Positions 7,628 through 19,261 of a DNA stretch of 64,000 bases are shown one piece after another. The stretch spans positions 14,815-78,814 of the forward strand of contig CAZSVL010000005.1 of NCBI GenBank assembly GCA_964610305.1, read 5' to 3'. The position numbers and the translations under genes are program-made. Position 1 is the stretch's first letter. Each line of letters begins with the position of its first letter. This stretch comes from an uncultured Gammaproteobacteria bacterium (GTDB lineage: Bacteria > Patescibacteriota > Patescibacteriia > Magasanikbacterales > JBBTXJ01). The notes beneath the pieces are model-generated. The model did not search any database. It saw only the letters and a list, made by a program, of their open reading frames with translations, and had not been told where the DNA came from.

Positions 7628-9562
7628 TCATTTTTTCCAGACCTGTTTGGTCTTGATATACCACTTTTCAATGGTGTTAAAACGATCAGACGGTGTCAGA
7701 ATTCTAGACACCTCTGCCCCCTTAACATTAGAAGAGCCGGCGTAGGTGTACGTTGGAGCGTACAAAAAGACGGCTGGGTATTGTTTTTGCAAAATTTCTT
7801 GAAAGGCTACATATTTAAGGCCGCGCACCGTATCGTCCGTGCTTTCTCTGGCTTGCTCTAGCAGACCATCGGCCGCGCGATTCACAAAGTTAGCCAAGTT
7901 AAGCCCAGGGTAATCTGTTTGAGAAGAGTGCCAGAAAGGAAACGGATCTGGGTCTGCGCCAATAATTTCTCCATAAAGCAGAACATCATATTGTCTTGGA
8001 CGCAAAACTTCTGCATTTACATCTCTTGGGTTTGCGGTGTGTATGCTTACTTGCACGCCCAACTCTTGCCACATGGTAGCCACTTCTTTTGCCACGGCAG
8101 CAAGTTCCTGATCATTTACGGTAGTTATGGTGATTTGCAGTGGCTCGCTATTTTTAGCGCGATAAATGGCCTGCGTCTCTGACATTTCTGAATCTATAAG
8201 TTGCTGAATTTGCTCAGCAAATGGGTCTTCCGGTTCCTGCTCTGGATTCTCTTCTCTAGTTTCTTCTGACTGCTCTTCTGTCTCTTCTGCCGCAGCAATA
8301 TCTTCTAACTCAGCTCTTATTTGTTTATCACGAAGCTCAGCATACTCTTGCGGAGAAATTTCTTTCCAGCCAGCTGCAGAGATAAGCTCTAGAGCCTTGT
8401 CATAATCTGAGCCGTTCTCATGAAAACGCTCTTCATATCCCAGAAAACCTTCTAAAATAGGGGAGTTAATTATAGCCCCTTGTCCGTCCAAAACGTCTGT
8501 TAAAATTTTCTTTTTATCTACAATAAGATCCAGTGCTTGTCTAAGGCGAACATCTGCAAGTGCCTTATGCTGTTTTGAGTTGAAAAACAGAGCGGTGTAT
8601 TGCGGTAGCTGCAGTTCTCGCAGCGCAATGTGTTTTCTCTCCAAGTCTGATTTAAATTTTTTGGGAACAAAATGCAGCCCTTCTACACGTTTGCTTCGCA
8701 AGTCTTGTACCGCAAGATCATACGTGGGATAAAAACTAAATTGAATACCGTCTAAATACGGCGCGCCGCGGTGAAATTTATCAAATCGTTCTAGGGCTAA
8801 ATGCTGCACAAGGCCAGCGTCTGTTCTGACCAGCTCAGTAAACATAAAGGGGCCGTTTCCAATAGGCTTGCTATTATAAGGAGAAAGACGCGCGTTTCGC
8901 GGTTCAATATTTGCCCAAATATGTTGCGGCACTATGCCGGCGGTTAAGCTGCCTAAAAACGGCGCAAATGGTTTTTCTAAAACAAATTGCACGGTGTTAT
9001 CTGTTGGTGCGGAAACCGTGACGCCCTGAAAACTCACACGCAGCGGGCTGGCGTAGGTTGGGTCTTGAATGCTTTGAAAAGTAAAGACTACGTCTTGGGC
9101 AGAAAGCGGCTCGCCGTCATGCCAAAAAAGGTTCTCTGCAATGGTAAACGTATACGTAGTTTTATCCGCAGAGACTTCATAACTGCTGGCAATGTCAGTG
9201 GCTAGGTTTCCTGCCTCATCGTATCGCAAAAGTCCTGAGAAAAGCAGACGCGCAATATCGGTATCAACTTCATTTGCGGCCGCGTAGAGCGGGTTTATAA
9301 ACTGCGGCGCTCCCACCACTGCCTCTCTATAGAGGCCTCCTTGCTTGGGCATTTTTTCAAAAAATCTTGTGCTGGCGCTAAAACCAAGGCCAACTATGCC
9401 TATTATAAGAACGGCAATAGTGCCCTGCAGCGCCCTTTTTTCTTTTACCGAAAGAAAACGTCCCACATACCGCAACTGAGAGAGCGACGGCCATTTTTTG
9501 GGAGTTTTAAGATGTTTTATTGTTTTTTGTAATCTAGCAAGGAAGTGACTAGTCCACTTCAT
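7628..9562 (-). CDS. Peptide ABC transporter substrate-binding protein (SBP family 5)
   Basis: LFSGLL, WHDGEPLSAQDVVFTF, PIGNGPF, WHSSQ...GLNLA. Confidence 0.92.
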   Translation of the reverse strand: MKWTSHFLARLQKTIKHLKTPKKWPSLSQLRYVGRFLSVKEKRALQGTIAVLIIGIVGLGFSASTRFFEKMPKQGGLYREAVVGAPQFINPLYAAANEVDTDIARLLFSGLLRYDEAGNLATDIASSYEVSADKTTYTFTIAENLFWHDGEPLSAQDVVFTFQSIQDPTYASPLRVSFQGVTVSAPTDNTVQFVLEKPFAPFLGSLTAGIVPQHIWANIEPRNARLSPYNSKPIGNGPFMFTELVRTDAGLVQHLALERFDKFHRGAPYLDGIQFSFYPTYDLAVQDLRSKRVEGLHFVPKKFKSDLERKHIALRELQLPQYTALFFNSKQHKALADVRLRQALDLIVDKKKILTDVLDGQGAIINSPILEGFLGYEERFHENGSDYDKALELISAAGWKEISPQEYAELRDKQIRAELEDIAAAEETEEQSEETREENPEQEPEDPFAEQIQQLIDSEMSETQAIYRAKNSEPLQITITTVNDQELAAVAKEVATMWQELGVQVSIHTANPRDVNAEVLRPRQYDVLLYGEIIGADPDPFPFWHSSQTDYPGLNLANFVNRAADGLLEQARESTDDTVRGLKYVAFQEILQKQYPAVFLYAPTYTYAGSSNVKGAEVSRILTPSDRFNTIEKWYIKTKQVWKK

Positions 9563-9592
9563 ATAGTTGCGGATTTTATGAAATCCGCTGAT

Positions 9593-9811
9593 TTAAACAA
9601 AGAGATTTGCCAGTGCCGTGGCAAAGAAAAGCAAGGAAAGAAGAATAGTAGCACGGTAGAGCATTTTGTCAACACCGCGCTTAGTTGAGTATACATTTGA
9701 AGATCCTCCAAACACACCAGAGAGGCCGGTGCCCTTCTGCTGTAATAAAATGACCGCAATAAGCGCAATGCTTACAACCACCTGTAGTCCTGTTAGAAAA
9801 GTTTGTGTCAT
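9593..9811 (-). CDS. secG: Preprotein translocase subunit SecG
   Basis: ILLQQKGTGLSGVFGG...TKRGVDK with two TM helices. Confidence 0.95.
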   Translation of the reverse strand: MTQTFLTGLQVVVSIALIAVILLQQKGTGLSGVFGGSSNVYSTKRGVDKMLYRATILLSLLFFATALANLFV

Positions 9812-9899
9812 GAAGTATTCTAGTTCTTAGGAGAGTATAGCATGGTAGCGTGTTTGGGTCAAGGGTGTGGGGGTAGCGTTTAGGGTGTAGCCTCTTAGC

Positions 9900-9986
9900 G
9901 TCATCCGCAGCTTGATTCAGGATCCAGGTAGGAATATAAGACGTACTCTATTTCTGCCCTAGATTCTGAATCAAGTTCAGAATGAC
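9900..9986. repeat. REP doublet with short spacer (gene-less element)
   Basis: GTCATCCGCAGCTTGATTCAGGATCC ... AGATTCTGAATCAAGTTCAGAATGAC; flanked by an outer imperfect inverted repeat at 9873-9890 / 10006-10023. Confidence 0.85.
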
Positions 9987-10050
9987 AAGCTGGACTACAC
10001 ACACCCTATACCCTAACCGCTACACGCTGAGGATATGCTATAATAGGTGC

Positions 10051-10812
10051 ATGTCATTTTCGGCAACCGATGGAGCCAAAAAACCGTTTTGGAAAAAGCC
10101 GTGGGGAATAGTACTCTTGGTGGTAGCAGGCATTTTTTTGATAATGCTTATTCTTTTTTCTTTGCTCACACTCTCCTTTTATAACCGGCTTTTGGCAGGA
10201 GAAGATTTATCTGAATATGCAGGAAGGAGCAGCTTTACGCAATCAGAAGCGTACGACAGAGCAGTGGAGTCAGAAGTTGCTCTTGCAGAGGTGGGCAGCA
10301 CGGATGATCCAAGTCTTGGCAATGAAAGCGCGCCCATAGAGATAGTAGAGTTTTTAGATTTTGAATGTCCTTTTTGCGCGGCGGAGTTTCCTATAATAAG
10401 AGAGATAGCCACCAAAAATCCAGAGCTCATAAGATATGTTGTAAGAGATTTTCCGCTAGAAGATCAGCATCCCGGAGCCACGCTTGCATCTGAGGCAAGC
10501 GAGTGCGCACATGAGCAAAATAGGTATTGGGCATATCATGATAAACTTTTTCAAAATCAACAGCCTTTCAGCAGAGAGGTGCTCATAGATTTAGCAGGGC
10601 AGGTGGGATTGATGGTAGATGATTTTACGCAGTGCTTGGATGAAGAGCGATATAAAACAGAGGTAATGGAAGATTTGCAGGCCGGAATAGATGCAGGCGT
10701 AGTGGGAACACCAACATTTTTTGTAAACGGATTTAAATTGCAGGGAGTAATTCCAACGGAGGCATGGGAAGAAATAGTACAACTAGCCGCTTCATTGCAG
10801 GTTTCATTGTAG
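10051..10812 (+). CDS. DsbA-family thiol-disulfide oxidoreductase, membrane anchored
   Basis: EFLDFECPFC, RDFPL, GVVGTPTFFVNG; N-terminal TM helix. Confidence 0.93.
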   Translation: MSFSATDGAKKPFWKKPWGIVLLVVAGIFLIMLILFSLLTLSFYNRLLAGEDLSEYAGRSSFTQSEAYDRAVESEVALAEVGSTDDPSLGNESAPIEIVEFLDFECPFCAAEFPIIREIATKNPELIRYVVRDFPLEDQHPGATLASEASECAHEQNRYWAYHDKLFQNQQPFSREVLIDLAGQVGLMVDDFTQCLDEERYKTEVMEDLQAGIDAGVVGTPTFFVNGFKLQGVIPTEAWEEIVQLAASLQVSL

Positions 10813-12896
10813 GCGCACTCTTTTTTGGGTGGGGGTTTTTTGTATTAGATGCAATGCCCACGCAAGCGGTGGGAGTAGGGGCGCATACGCTTAAAGACAT
10901 CTACAACGCCGGAAAAGGAAAAAAGCCAGAGAAAAAAGGTCCCATTTGTACTGGCGCAAATGCCGGCACACCTATGTGTACTCCTCAGTGTTGGAAAAAA
11001 GAGGACTGTAATGCAGTAAAGGGAGCAACAGGCGCAGACAGCATTTGGGAGGGTAATAAGACTACAGAGGTAATCTGCGGCCCAAAGGAGGATGGCTGGG
11101 GATTTTGTTATCCTGCGCCGGCAGATATCGCTCTTCAGGTTCCCATTGGCAGTTTGACTACGGCAAGCAATGCGGTTCAGTACGTAAAAGCTGCATACGT
11201 CTTTCTTTTGGGTATAGCAGGATTGGTTGCGGTAATAGTATTTATGCACGCCGGATTTTTGTGGCTGACTGCTGGCGGCAATGCGGCAAATATAAGCAGA
11301 GCAAAAGAATATATCCAAAACGCCAGCCTGGGAATGCTGCTGGTTTTTGGTAGCTACACCTTTTTATCAGTTATTAATCCAGATTTAGTAAATCTTAAAG
11401 TACCACGCGCGTATTTGTTTAGAAACCAAGCCTTGGATCTTCAAACGGCAAAAAATATGGAAGGGCAGTTTTGCGATACACAGAACGATGCGCTGGCATG
11501 CAAAGCAAGTTGTCAGGGTTGCGCGTGTGTGGGAATTAGAGAGAGCGGCATGAGTGTGCTTGGAAAATATGTTGCATGGGGAAGTACCGCCCTGGCAAGT
11601 GCTGGTTTGCTTGGTGGTAGCGGGATTTCTGCTTTGGCGCGCGGTGGTTGGTGGATAACTAAGAAGATAGGCAGCTTTTTTAAACACACGCACAGAGTAG
11701 TAGGTGCAACACTGGGCCCAAAGGCAAATGTTTTGTTATTTTTGGGAGAGCTGGCGGCATTAAATAGTGGAAAAGAAGCTTTTGAAGAATGGCTGGGAGG
11801 GAATCATGGCTTGCCTTTTGGAGGTGACAGGTTGGGGTTGTGCATAGCGGATAAAAATAAAAATATACCCATTGGTGGTAAATGTGTAGATGTAATTAAT
11901 TGTAAGGCAGGAGGTGGCAGCAAAGAGCTCAAATGTTTTCAAACAGATTGGATACCAAATGTAGGCGGTTTTGGATTTAAGATAGGTATTTGCTCTGATG
12001 GATCAGAAGGTTCTGCATGCGCAAATAATAATGATTGTGATACGCCCCTTATGTCTTGTGTGGATGGTCCAGATAACAGCAAATGGTGCTCAAAAGGAAC
12101 TAGTAGAAGTCAGGGAAGTCCATGCAATACAAACAATTGCCAAGACGATGCGTGTAGAAGATCGGCGCAGTGTGCGTCTGGATTGAGGTGTGCAATTGTA
12201 GAGGAGAACTGGTCTTCTTCTCTTCCTTTTGCTGATACTAACGGACACGGCTGGTGTGTTGATGGTTCCGGACCTACCGGTGCCGGAGGTTTGGCGGCGT
12301 GCACAGCAGATGGGGATTGCGACAAAACGGCAGGTGGACAACAGTTAAAATGTCTTGATGGGACTCTTGGTGGTGCACAGGGCAGTAAATCAAAAATCTG
12401 CACTTCTTTATGTGATAGTGATAAAAAATGTCAGGATATATGTCCGGAAGGAAAGACCTGTGTCTGTAGAGAAAATTCTGAGAAACGAAAAGTTTGTATG
12501 GCTCCATCAGCAAAGGTCGGGCAAGGAGAGCAGTGTGATACTAATGCATGTGAGGGCGATCTAAAGTGTACAAAATATAAAACTGATCTTGGGCGCGTAT
12601 GTACTAAAGGCGGATTAAATGATGTATGTACCATACAGAAAGAGTGTGGAGAAGGGTTATTGTGCGGCTTTAAGAGTGCTGAACAGACTGTCTGTATGGT
12701 AAAGGCGCCATTGCTGGTTCCATGTGAAAGTACCGATGAGTGCGTAGCTGTATACGGGGCAGAGTCACCTGCATTTTGTACGGAAGGAAGGATTGGACAG
12801 GTGAAAGTTTGCACACTCGGTTCCATAGGTGCGGTTTGCGCGTCTGACAATGATTGTAATGAAGGATCCTGTAAATACAATAAATGCAGCGAGTAG
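10764..12896 (+). CDS. CPR-type pilin (TrbC/VirB2-like TM pair) with large Cys-rich repeat domain
   Basis: LQVPIG...[34 protein letters not shown]...[11 protein letters not shown]...LSVINPDL, followed by many CxxxxDC repeats. Confidence 0.8.
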   Translation: MGRNSTTSRFIAGFIVGALFFGWGFFVLDAMPTQAVGVGAHTLKDIYNAGKGKKPEKKGPICTGANAGTPMCTPQCWKKEDCNAVKGATGADSIWEGNKTTEVICGPKEDGWGFCYPAPADIALQVPIGSLTTASNAVQYVKAAYVFLLGIAGLVAVIVFMHAGFLWLTAGGNAANISRAKEYIQNASLGMLLVFGSYTFLSVINPDLVNLKVPRAYLFRNQALDLQTAKNMEGQFCDTQNDALACKASCQGCACVGIRESGMSVLGKYVAWGSTALASAGLLGGSGISALARGGWWITKKIGSFFKHTHRVVGATLGPKANVLLFLGELAALNSGKEAFEEWLGGNHGLPFGGDRLGLCIADKNKNIPIGGKCVDVINCKAGGGSKELKCFQTDWIPNVGGFGFKIGICSDGSEGSACANNNDCDTPLMSCVDGPDNSKWCSKGTSRSQGSPCNTNNCQDDACRRSAQCASGLRCAIVEENWSSSLPFADTNGHGWCVDGSGPTGAGGLAACTADGDCDKTAGGQQLKCLDGTLGGAQGSKSKICTSLCDSDKKCQDICPEGKTCVCRENSEKRKVCMAPSAKVGQGEQCDTNACEGDLKCTKYKTDLGRVCTKGGLNDVCTIQKECGEGLLCGFKSAEQTVCMVKAPLLVPCESTDECVAVYGAESPAFCTEGRIGQVKVCTLGSIGAVCASDNDCNEGSCKYNKCSE

Positions 12897-12941
12897 CCCA
12901 TACACTTGCAGCGTTTGAGAAACTGTGGTATGCTAACGCGC

Positions 12942-15785
12942 ATGCCAACGGTAAAATCTTCTTCAAAGCAGCCTTTTGATAAAATTTCTATAGTTGGAGC
13001 GCGTGAGCATAACCTCAAAAACGTCTCCATAGAGCTGCCAAAAAACAAGCTTGTAGTGATTACTGGCCTTTCTGGTTCCGGTAAATCTTCTCTTGCTTTT
13101 GATACCATTTATGCAGAGGGTCAGCGCAGATACGCTGAGTCTCTTTCTTCTTATGCGCGGCAATATATGGAGCTGCGAGACAAGCCAGATGTAGATGAGA
13201 TTACCGGCCTCTCCCCAACGGTGGCCATAGACCAGCGCGCCATGAGCAACAACCCGCGCTCTACGGTGGGAACCACCACAGAAGTATATGATTTGCTCCG
13301 TTTACTTTTTTCTAGAATTGGGCAACAGCATTGTCCGTATTGTGATGAGCCGGTAAAAGCGCACAGCGCAGGGCAAATAGTAGAAGAGATCAGAAAAATG
13401 GCCAGAACAGAGGCAGATATTTATCTTTTGGCGCCTCTTTTTGAAGATGTAAAAATGAAACCAAAAGAGTTGCTTCAGCGGCTAGAGAGAACTGGCTATG
13501 ATACCGTCCGTGCCAACGGCCTGCTTATGCCACTGAAAAATTTTGCAAAACACGCAAAGGCAGATACACCTTATACGGTGGAGTTGGTTATCCGCCACAT
13601 TACAGATATAAAAAGACAAAAACTCATGCAGCCGGTAGAGCAGGCGCTAGAATATGGAAACGGAAGGCTGCTAGTTTTAGATGAAGATACGGGAGATGAG
13701 CATGTGTTCTCAACCCTAGCGCGCTGCGGATCATGCGCCAGATCTTTTGATCCGGTTGAGCCCCGCAGTTTTTCATTTAACAGCCCTTATGGCGCTTGTC
13801 CGCGATGTACGGGACTAGGCATCACCCTAGAGGTTGATCCAGAATTGGCTATTCCCAACCCAAGGCTTACGCTGGCAGAAGGAGCCATTCAACCATGGAC
13901 AAGAATTACCGGCAGCAATGATAAATATCATAAACTACTAGAGGCCGTAGCGCGGGACGAGGGATTCTCTGTTCACACGCCAATACAAGACATGCGTCAG
14001 CGCGCTCTGGATTTGGTTATGTACGGAACAGACGGACGCATGCATGATGTAGAAGGAAAACAAACCGTATATGAAGGAGTAATACCAAACTTAACGCAGC
14101 GCCACGCCAGCACGGATTCTGATTATGTGAGAAAAGAAATAGAGCAGTACATGAGAGAAAAGCAGTGCCAGACGTGTAATGGGCAGCGATTAAAACAAGA
14201 AGCGCTCAGCGTTAAAGTGTGGGATTATTCTATTGCAGACATTGTGCAAATGAGCATAAATGAAGTAGTGGTATTTTTTGAGCAAAAACAAAAAAAGACT
14301 GGGCTAGAGAGCAAATTTGAAGAGATTGCTCAGCCTATTTTTAAAGAAGTGCTGACAAGAACGCGGGATCTGGCGCAAGTGGGACTAGGCTATATTCAAA
14401 TGGACAGATCCGTTGCTACGCTCTCTGGCGGAGAAGCGCAGCGCGTGCGGCTTTCTACGCAACTATCTACTGGATTAACCGGCGTTATCTATATTTTAGA
14501 TGAGCCAAGTATTGGTCTTCATCCAACGGATAATCTTAAATTAATAGATACGCTCAAGCAACTGCGGGATCTGGGTAACACGGTTATTGTGGTAGAGCAT
14601 GATCAGGAAATGATGGAGCATGCGGAGTATTTAGTAGATGTGGGGCCGGGCGCCGGAAAACATGGCGGAGAAATTATTGCGCAGGGAACCGTGGAGCAGG
14701 TTAAAAAGTTAGAAACGTCTACGGCTAGACATTTGGCTGGAAAAGATAAAATTGAGGTTCCAAAAAAATATAGGAAGACTAACAAGAAAAAAGTTATTAC
14801 GATTGAAGGCGCAACCGAAAATAATCTTCGCAACATTACGGTTGATATTCCGCTTGGTACGCTGTGCTGCATTACCGGAGTATCAGGTTCTGGAAAATCT
14901 ACCTTGGTTATAGATATTTTGGGCAAAGCGCTCTCAAAGCATTTTCACAGAGCAAAAGCAGAGCCCGGAGCTCATAAAAAATTAAAGGGTCTAAAAAATG
15001 TAGATAAAGTTATCGCCATAGACCAAAGCCCTATTGGAAGAACGCCACGATCCAACCCTGCAACATACACGGGCGTATTTACGGCTATCCGCGATGTGTT
15101 TACCAATGTGCCAGAGGCTAGAGCGCGCGGTTATGATGCCGGAAAGTTTTCTTTCAATGTAAAAGGTGGCGGACGTTGTGAGGCCTGCGCTGGAGAAGGA
15201 TATGTGCGAATCCCGATGCAATTTTTGTCTGATGTTTTTGTGGAATGTGAGGCGTGCGAGGGAAAACGCTATAACAAAGAAGCTTTGGATATTCACTACA
15301 GAAACAAGACTATTGCGGATGTTTTGAACATGACGGTAGAAGAGGCGCGTAATTTTTTTTCTGACACGCCAGCTATTGTAGACAAGTTGAAACTATTAGA
15401 GGATGTTGGTTTGGGGTATGTGCAACTTGGCCAGCCTGCAACCACGCTCTCTGGAGGAGAGGCGCAGCGTGTAAAATTAGCAACAGAGCTTTCCAGAAGA
15501 GCAACCGGAAAAACACTTTATATTTTGGACGAGCCAACAACCGGACTCCACTTTGATGATATAAAAAGATTACTCCACGTGCTTAACGCACTGGTAGATA
15601 AAGGAAACACGGTGCTCATAATTGAACACAACCTAGACGTAATAAAAGGAGCAGACTGGGTCATAGACATGGGTCCAGAGGGTGGAAGAAAAGGCGGAGA
15701 AGTAGTGGCGCAAGGAACACCAAAGGACGTAATAAAAATAAAAGAAAGCGTAACCGGATCATTTCTAAAACCACTACTAAAATAA
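12942..15785 (+). CDS. uvrA: Excinuclease ABC subunit A
   Basis: [32 protein letters not shown], two LSGGEAQR signatures, zinc fingers. Confidence 0.99.
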   Translation: MPTVKSSSKQPFDKISIVGAREHNLKNVSIELPKNKLVVITGLSGSGKSSLAFDTIYAEGQRRYAESLSSYARQYMELRDKPDVDEITGLSPTVAIDQRAMSNNPRSTVGTTTEVYDLLRLLFSRIGQQHCPYCDEPVKAHSAGQIVEEIRKMARTEADIYLLAPLFEDVKMKPKELLQRLERTGYDTVRANGLLMPLKNFAKHAKADTPYTVELVIRHITDIKRQKLMQPVEQALEYGNGRLLVLDEDTGDEHVFSTLARCGSCARSFDPVEPRSFSFNSPYGACPRCTGLGITLEVDPELAIPNPRLTLAEGAIQPWTRITGSNDKYHKLLEAVARDEGFSVHTPIQDMRQRALDLVMYGTDGRMHDVEGKQTVYEGVIPNLTQRHASTDSDYVRKEIEQYMREKQCQTCNGQRLKQEALSVKVWDYSIADIVQMSINEVVVFFEQKQKKTGLESKFEEIAQPIFKEVLTRTRDLAQVGLGYIQMDRSVATLSGGEAQRVRLSTQLSTGLTGVIYILDEPSIGLHPTDNLKLIDTLKQLRDLGNTVIVVEHDQEMMEHAEYLVDVGPGAGKHGGEIIAQGTVEQVKKLETSTARHLAGKDKIEVPKKYRKTNKKKVITIEGATENNLRNITVDIPLGTLCCITGVSGSGKSTLVIDILGKALSKHFHRAKAEPGAHKKLKGLKNVDKVIAIDQSPIGRTPRSNPATYTGVFTAIRDVFTNVPEARARGYDAGKFSFNVKGGGRCEACAGEGYVRIPMQFLSDVFVECEACEGKRYNKEALDIHYRNKTIADVLNMTVEEARNFFSDTPAIVDKLKLLEDVGLGYVQLGQPATTLSGGEAQRVKLATELSRRATGKTLYILDEPTTGLHFDDIKRLLHVLNALVDKGNTVLIIEHNLDVIKGADWVIDMGPEGGRKGGEVVAQGTPKDVIKIKESVTGSFLKPLLK

Positions 15786-15806
15786 AAGCGGCCACGGCCG
15801 CTTTTT
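15784..15806 (+). terminator. Terminator after uvrA
   Basis: AAAAGCGGCC-AC-GGCCGCTTTTT. Confidence 0.7.
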
Positions 15807-15858
15807 GGGTTGACAAGCAGGCCATCTGTGATACCCTAATTTAAACCAAGGAGGCAGC

Positions 15859-16269
15859 GTGCTAGCAAGAGGAATGAGAGAGTGGGAGATGTTAGATTGG
15901 ATTGTGTTTAGTGTCATTGGTTGTATAGTCTCTGGGTTTATTGGGTTGGCAACGGCAGATGCAGCTGCGGCTAGAGATAAAAAAGTTGCCGCATCATCGT
16001 TTGCAACAAACATGGGCGAGTTTGTTACAGCGTTTGAAAATCCTCAGGAGCCGAATGTTAGATTCAAGTCTAAAGACGAGTGCGCCAAGACAACACACGC
16101 CTGGATTACCTATGATGCGGTTTCTTGGCAGACTCCTCCTGCAGTGGCCACGGTGAAGCTTAAAAGGAAGAGCGTGGCTTTGTATCAGCGGGTGACATGC
16201 GGCTGGGTTAAATCAAAGAATGAAAATCGGCTGACAGTAACGGTTTGTGACTGCAAGCTGGCACTTTAG
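15859..16269 (+). CDS. Hypothetical protein with N-terminal TM/signal segment
   Basis: AGGAGG SD upstream; hydrophobic N-terminus; own promoter-like TTGACA. Confidence 0.6.
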   Translation: MLARGMREWEMLDWIVFSVIGCIVSGFIGLATADAAAARDKKVAASSFATNMGEFVTAFENPQEPNVRFKSKDECAKTTHAWITYDAVSWQTPPAVATVKLKRKSVALYQRVTCGWVKSKNENRLTVTVCDCKLAL

Positions 16270-16333
16270 TTTTTTAGCGCGAGGAAAAGTCGCGTTTTTT
16301 GTTCTGTTCATTTTATTGCCATAATGGTTCCAT

Positions 16334-17251
16334 ATGAATATCTACGCAAATAAAAATTACTGGATGATCGGTGGTACATTTTTTGCTGCTTTATTTATAG
16401 CAATGCTTTTTTTGGTGCAGCCAGTATTGGGTAGGTTGCTACCAACAGGTTATATAGGTGGAGAGCTGGTTATGAGCGCTGCTGGCACAGAGGTGTATTT
16501 TGTAAACGTGGATGGATTTAGGTACGTATTTCCCAACGAAAGAGTATATTTTAGTTGGTATGAAAATTTTGAAAGAGTGCGGCATGTTTCAGGATACGAG
16601 CTTGCAAGTATTCCTTTAGGTGGTGTGGTGCGCTATAGGCCAGCAACAAGATTAATTAAAGTGCCTGATGATCCTAAAGTGTACGCGGTCAAAGGCGGCG
16701 GAAAAGTGGCTTGGATTACCACAGAAGAATTGGCGGTAGAGCTTTATGGAACAGATTGGAATCAGAAAATTGATGATATGAACCCGTCATTTTTTGTGGC
16801 TTATGAGGTTGCAGACCCTATCATGGAAGCCGATGATTTTCATACAGACTTCATCAGAGAAAGCACTCCTACGGTTAGCTCAGATATTGGCTGCGGCGAT
16901 TATGCAGAGAATTTAGAGACATGCTCTTCTTATAGATGTCATAGGCCGGCGCTTTTGCCGCTTGTTGCAACACCTTCATACAGTAACATAATGGGTATGG
17001 TTGGTGATGAGTGCAGGGTGGCCACCGGTGTAACTGAAACAGCAAATGCAATTTCGGTAATTTGTATGTACTCTGCAGATGATTTGCCTGCGATAGCTGA
17101 GCATCAGAGATTGGTAGACAACGCTACTTCAATTACCAGTAGAACCTCTGTCAAATTTGGGGACGATGGTGTGCAAACGGAAAGCATTACAACCATTGAC
17201 GGAGTGGAATATGAGACGCCGTGGGTAACCGCGTGCGTGGCATCAGAATAA
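16334..17251 (+). CDS. Secreted/surface protein with CPR-type repeat domain
   Basis: Signal/TM, then VYFVNVDGFRYVFPNERVYFSWY and PKVYAV...WITTEELAVELYGTDW repeats. Confidence 0.75.
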   Translation: MNIYANKNYWMIGGTFFAALFIAMLFLVQPVLGRLLPTGYIGGELVMSAAGTEVYFVNVDGFRYVFPNERVYFSWYENFERVRHVSGYELASIPLGGVVRYRPATRLIKVPDDPKVYAVKGGGKVAWITTEELAVELYGTDWNQKIDDMNPSFFVAYEVADPIMEADDFHTDFIRESTPTVSSDIGCGDYAENLETCSSYRCHRPALLPLVATPSYSNIMGMVGDECRVATGVTETANAISVICMYSADDLPAIAEHQRLVDNATSITSRTSVKFGDDGVQTESITTIDGVEYETPWVTACVASE

Positions 17252-17255
17252 TATT

Positions 17256-17283
17256 AAAAAATCGCCTTAGACGGCGATTTTTT
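17256..17283. terminator. Bidirectional terminator
   Basis: AAAAAATCGCC-N6-GGCGATTTTTT between convergent genes. Confidence 0.75.
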
Positions 17284-17632
17284 ATTTCTTGGTTGCAACT
17301 TTTTTCTCCTTTAAGCGTTTCTTGAATTTTGGATCGCGGATAAAACCAAGTTTTGAGCGGCGGACCTTGAGGGTTTTTACCACCTCTATGCGGTCTACCA
17401 GTGGTGAGTAGATAGGAAATATTTTTTCTACTCCCACACCGTTGCTTACCTTGCGTACCGTAATGGTGGCGCCTGGTTGTTTGCCGTGTTTTGCGGCAAT
17501 AACGGTTCCTTCAAAAACCTGCACACGCTCTTTTACTTCACCTTTTTTTCCAACATCTTTAATTTTTTGGTGAACCCGCACAATCATGCCAGATTTTATC
17601 TGTGGTTTTTCTGCGGTTGTGGTTTCTGTCAT
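17282..17632 (-). CDS. rplS: 50S ribosomal protein L19
   Basis: KERVQVFEGTVIA, TITVRKVSNGVGVEKIFP, KVRRSKL. Confidence 0.98.
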   Translation of the reverse strand: MTETTTAEKPQIKSGMIVRVHQKIKDVGKKGEVKERVQVFEGTVIAAKHGKQPGATITVRKVSNGVGVEKIFPIYSPLVDRIEVVKTLKVRRSKLGFIRDPKFKKRLKEKKVATKK

Positions 17633-17729
17633 ATGCGCATCATTGTAGCAGGCATGTAAATATATGTCAATACGTAGTGCCTCATTTACAGATGTTTGAT
17701 ATTATAGAAGCGTAAGTACGTAATGTTAT

Positions 17730-19247
17730 ATGAAGAAAAATGAAGTAGTCCCGCCAACAGAGAGCGATTTTGATGGAAAAACAGAGAGACCCAAATCTTT
17801 TCTAGAAAAATTTAGACATGAGGGTGGTGGAAAGCTCAATAAGTTGGGCCGCATGGGTGCGCTTATTGTTTTAATGAATACGATGCCTACTCTAGAAGGG
17901 CAGTCTTTTGCCATGGATCAAGAGCCGGCAAAAAAATCTGGGACTATTGAGGACACCATGAGCGGCCCCGATATGGAAGAGCTTAAGGAGCTGCGGCCAA
18001 ATAATATTACCATAGATGATCATGAAATTACGCTGGATTATTCTGATGGATCAGGTGAGGGAACGGCAGAGACGGTGGTGGACGGAGACATGATTACCTC
18101 AGATGGCGTAGCAGAGTTTGAATACGGAGGAGCAGATTATGGTAATGCAGAGTTGCAGGAGAGTGAGAGAGACAATATAAAAGATCAGCTAAGAACCGTT
18201 ATAGATGGAGCACTCGCCGATTATAGTGAATGGGGAATAGATACTGATTCTGCGGTAGATAAAGTCTCTATTGGTGGGCCGGTTAGTTCTAGTCCAGAGG
18301 GAAATATTACACAGAAGGGGCAAGATGCAAATCAGAGATTATCAGAGCAGCGCGCGGAGATAATGAATGAGGTGGCGCAGGAGCTTTTGCAAGAATATGG
18401 TTTTAGTGAAGACATGGTGAGTGTTGATTTTTATGGAGAGGGCGTCTCTGGTGATATTACGGATTTAACCGATAGGCTAGAGAATGATTTGGGATTTGAT
18501 TTTGAGGGAAGTGATGATCAGGTGCGCTTAGAGACAAATGAATTTGTTGCAGATTATCATGATGGCAATTGGGATGCTATTTTTGATAGGCTTCCTGATG
18601 ATCTAGCGGAGAGTCCTGCACAAAAAGAAGCCCTCAAGCTAAAAATTGCAGAAATTTATGATCAGGAAATAGCGGCCGAGCGGTCTGCTGATGTGCAAGT
18701 ATCGCTTGAGAGCAAAGATGTAAAAGTTATAGCGCCAGAGAACCAAATGGCTACGACAGAAGATACGCCGCCAAAAAAAGTCGTGACGTTCTTAAAAGAG
18801 TATTATGATCCTGCCAAAAGAGGGTCTAACACACCTGGTGTGAATCCGCCATCTGGACCAACGGGATACCCACCGCCAGAACCTCGTGGGCCTAAGCCTC
18901 CTGTTGAGGGCGGTGTGCCTGTCCCGGTGCCTGTCCCAGAGCAGCCAAAGGATCCAAAGATGCCAGGAAGAGGAGAAACAGGTCCGCAAGGGATTCCATC
19001 TGATCCAGAGATTCCCATAGAGCCGCCGCAAGAAGTATCTGAACCCCAAACCGATCCAGAAGACCCGCCAGAGGATCCTCCAATAAAAACCACTGATCCA
19101 CCAGAGATAACAAAATATGAGAAATTCTTGAGAAGAAAAATGCTTAAGAAGAGCCCTAAGCATTACGTTGGACCTAAGCGAGCAAGAAAGGTAATGTCAA
19201 AACACATAGGAACAAAAGGCTCGGGGGGAAGAGGAGTATTTGGCTAA
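17730..19247 (+). CDS. Acidic, Pro-rich protein with possible OmpA-like cell-wall-binding segment
   Basis: 505-aa ORF; SSPEG...ANQRLSEQRAE...FYGEG motif, Pro-rich linker, basic tail. Confidence 0.6.
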   Translation: MKKNEVVPPTESDFDGKTERPKSFLEKFRHEGGGKLNKLGRMGALIVLMNTMPTLEGQSFAMDQEPAKKSGTIEDTMSGPDMEELKELRPNNITIDDHEITLDYSDGSGEGTAETVVDGDMITSDGVAEFEYGGADYGNAELQESERDNIKDQLRTVIDGALADYSEWGIDTDSAVDKVSIGGPVSSSPEGNITQKGQDANQRLSEQRAEIMNEVAQELLQEYGFSEDMVSVDFYGEGVSGDITDLTDRLENDLGFDFEGSDDQVRLETNEFVADYHDGNWDAIFDRLPDDLAESPAQKEALKLKIAEIYDQEIAAERSADVQVSLESKDVKVIAPENQMATTEDTPPKKVVTFLKEYYDPAKRGSNTPGVNPPSGPTGYPPPEPRGPKPPVEGGVPVPVPVPEQPKDPKMPGRGETGPQGIPSDPEIPIEPPQEVSEPQTDPEDPPEDPPIKTTDPPEITKYEKFLRRKMLKKSPKHYVGPKRARKVMSKHIGTKGSGGRGVFG

Positions 19248-19261
19248 TTAAAAACGCCGCT

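Noticed and set aside
12431-13108. 225-aa minus-strand ORF
   Set aside because: Antisense shadow of the pilin and uvrA genes.
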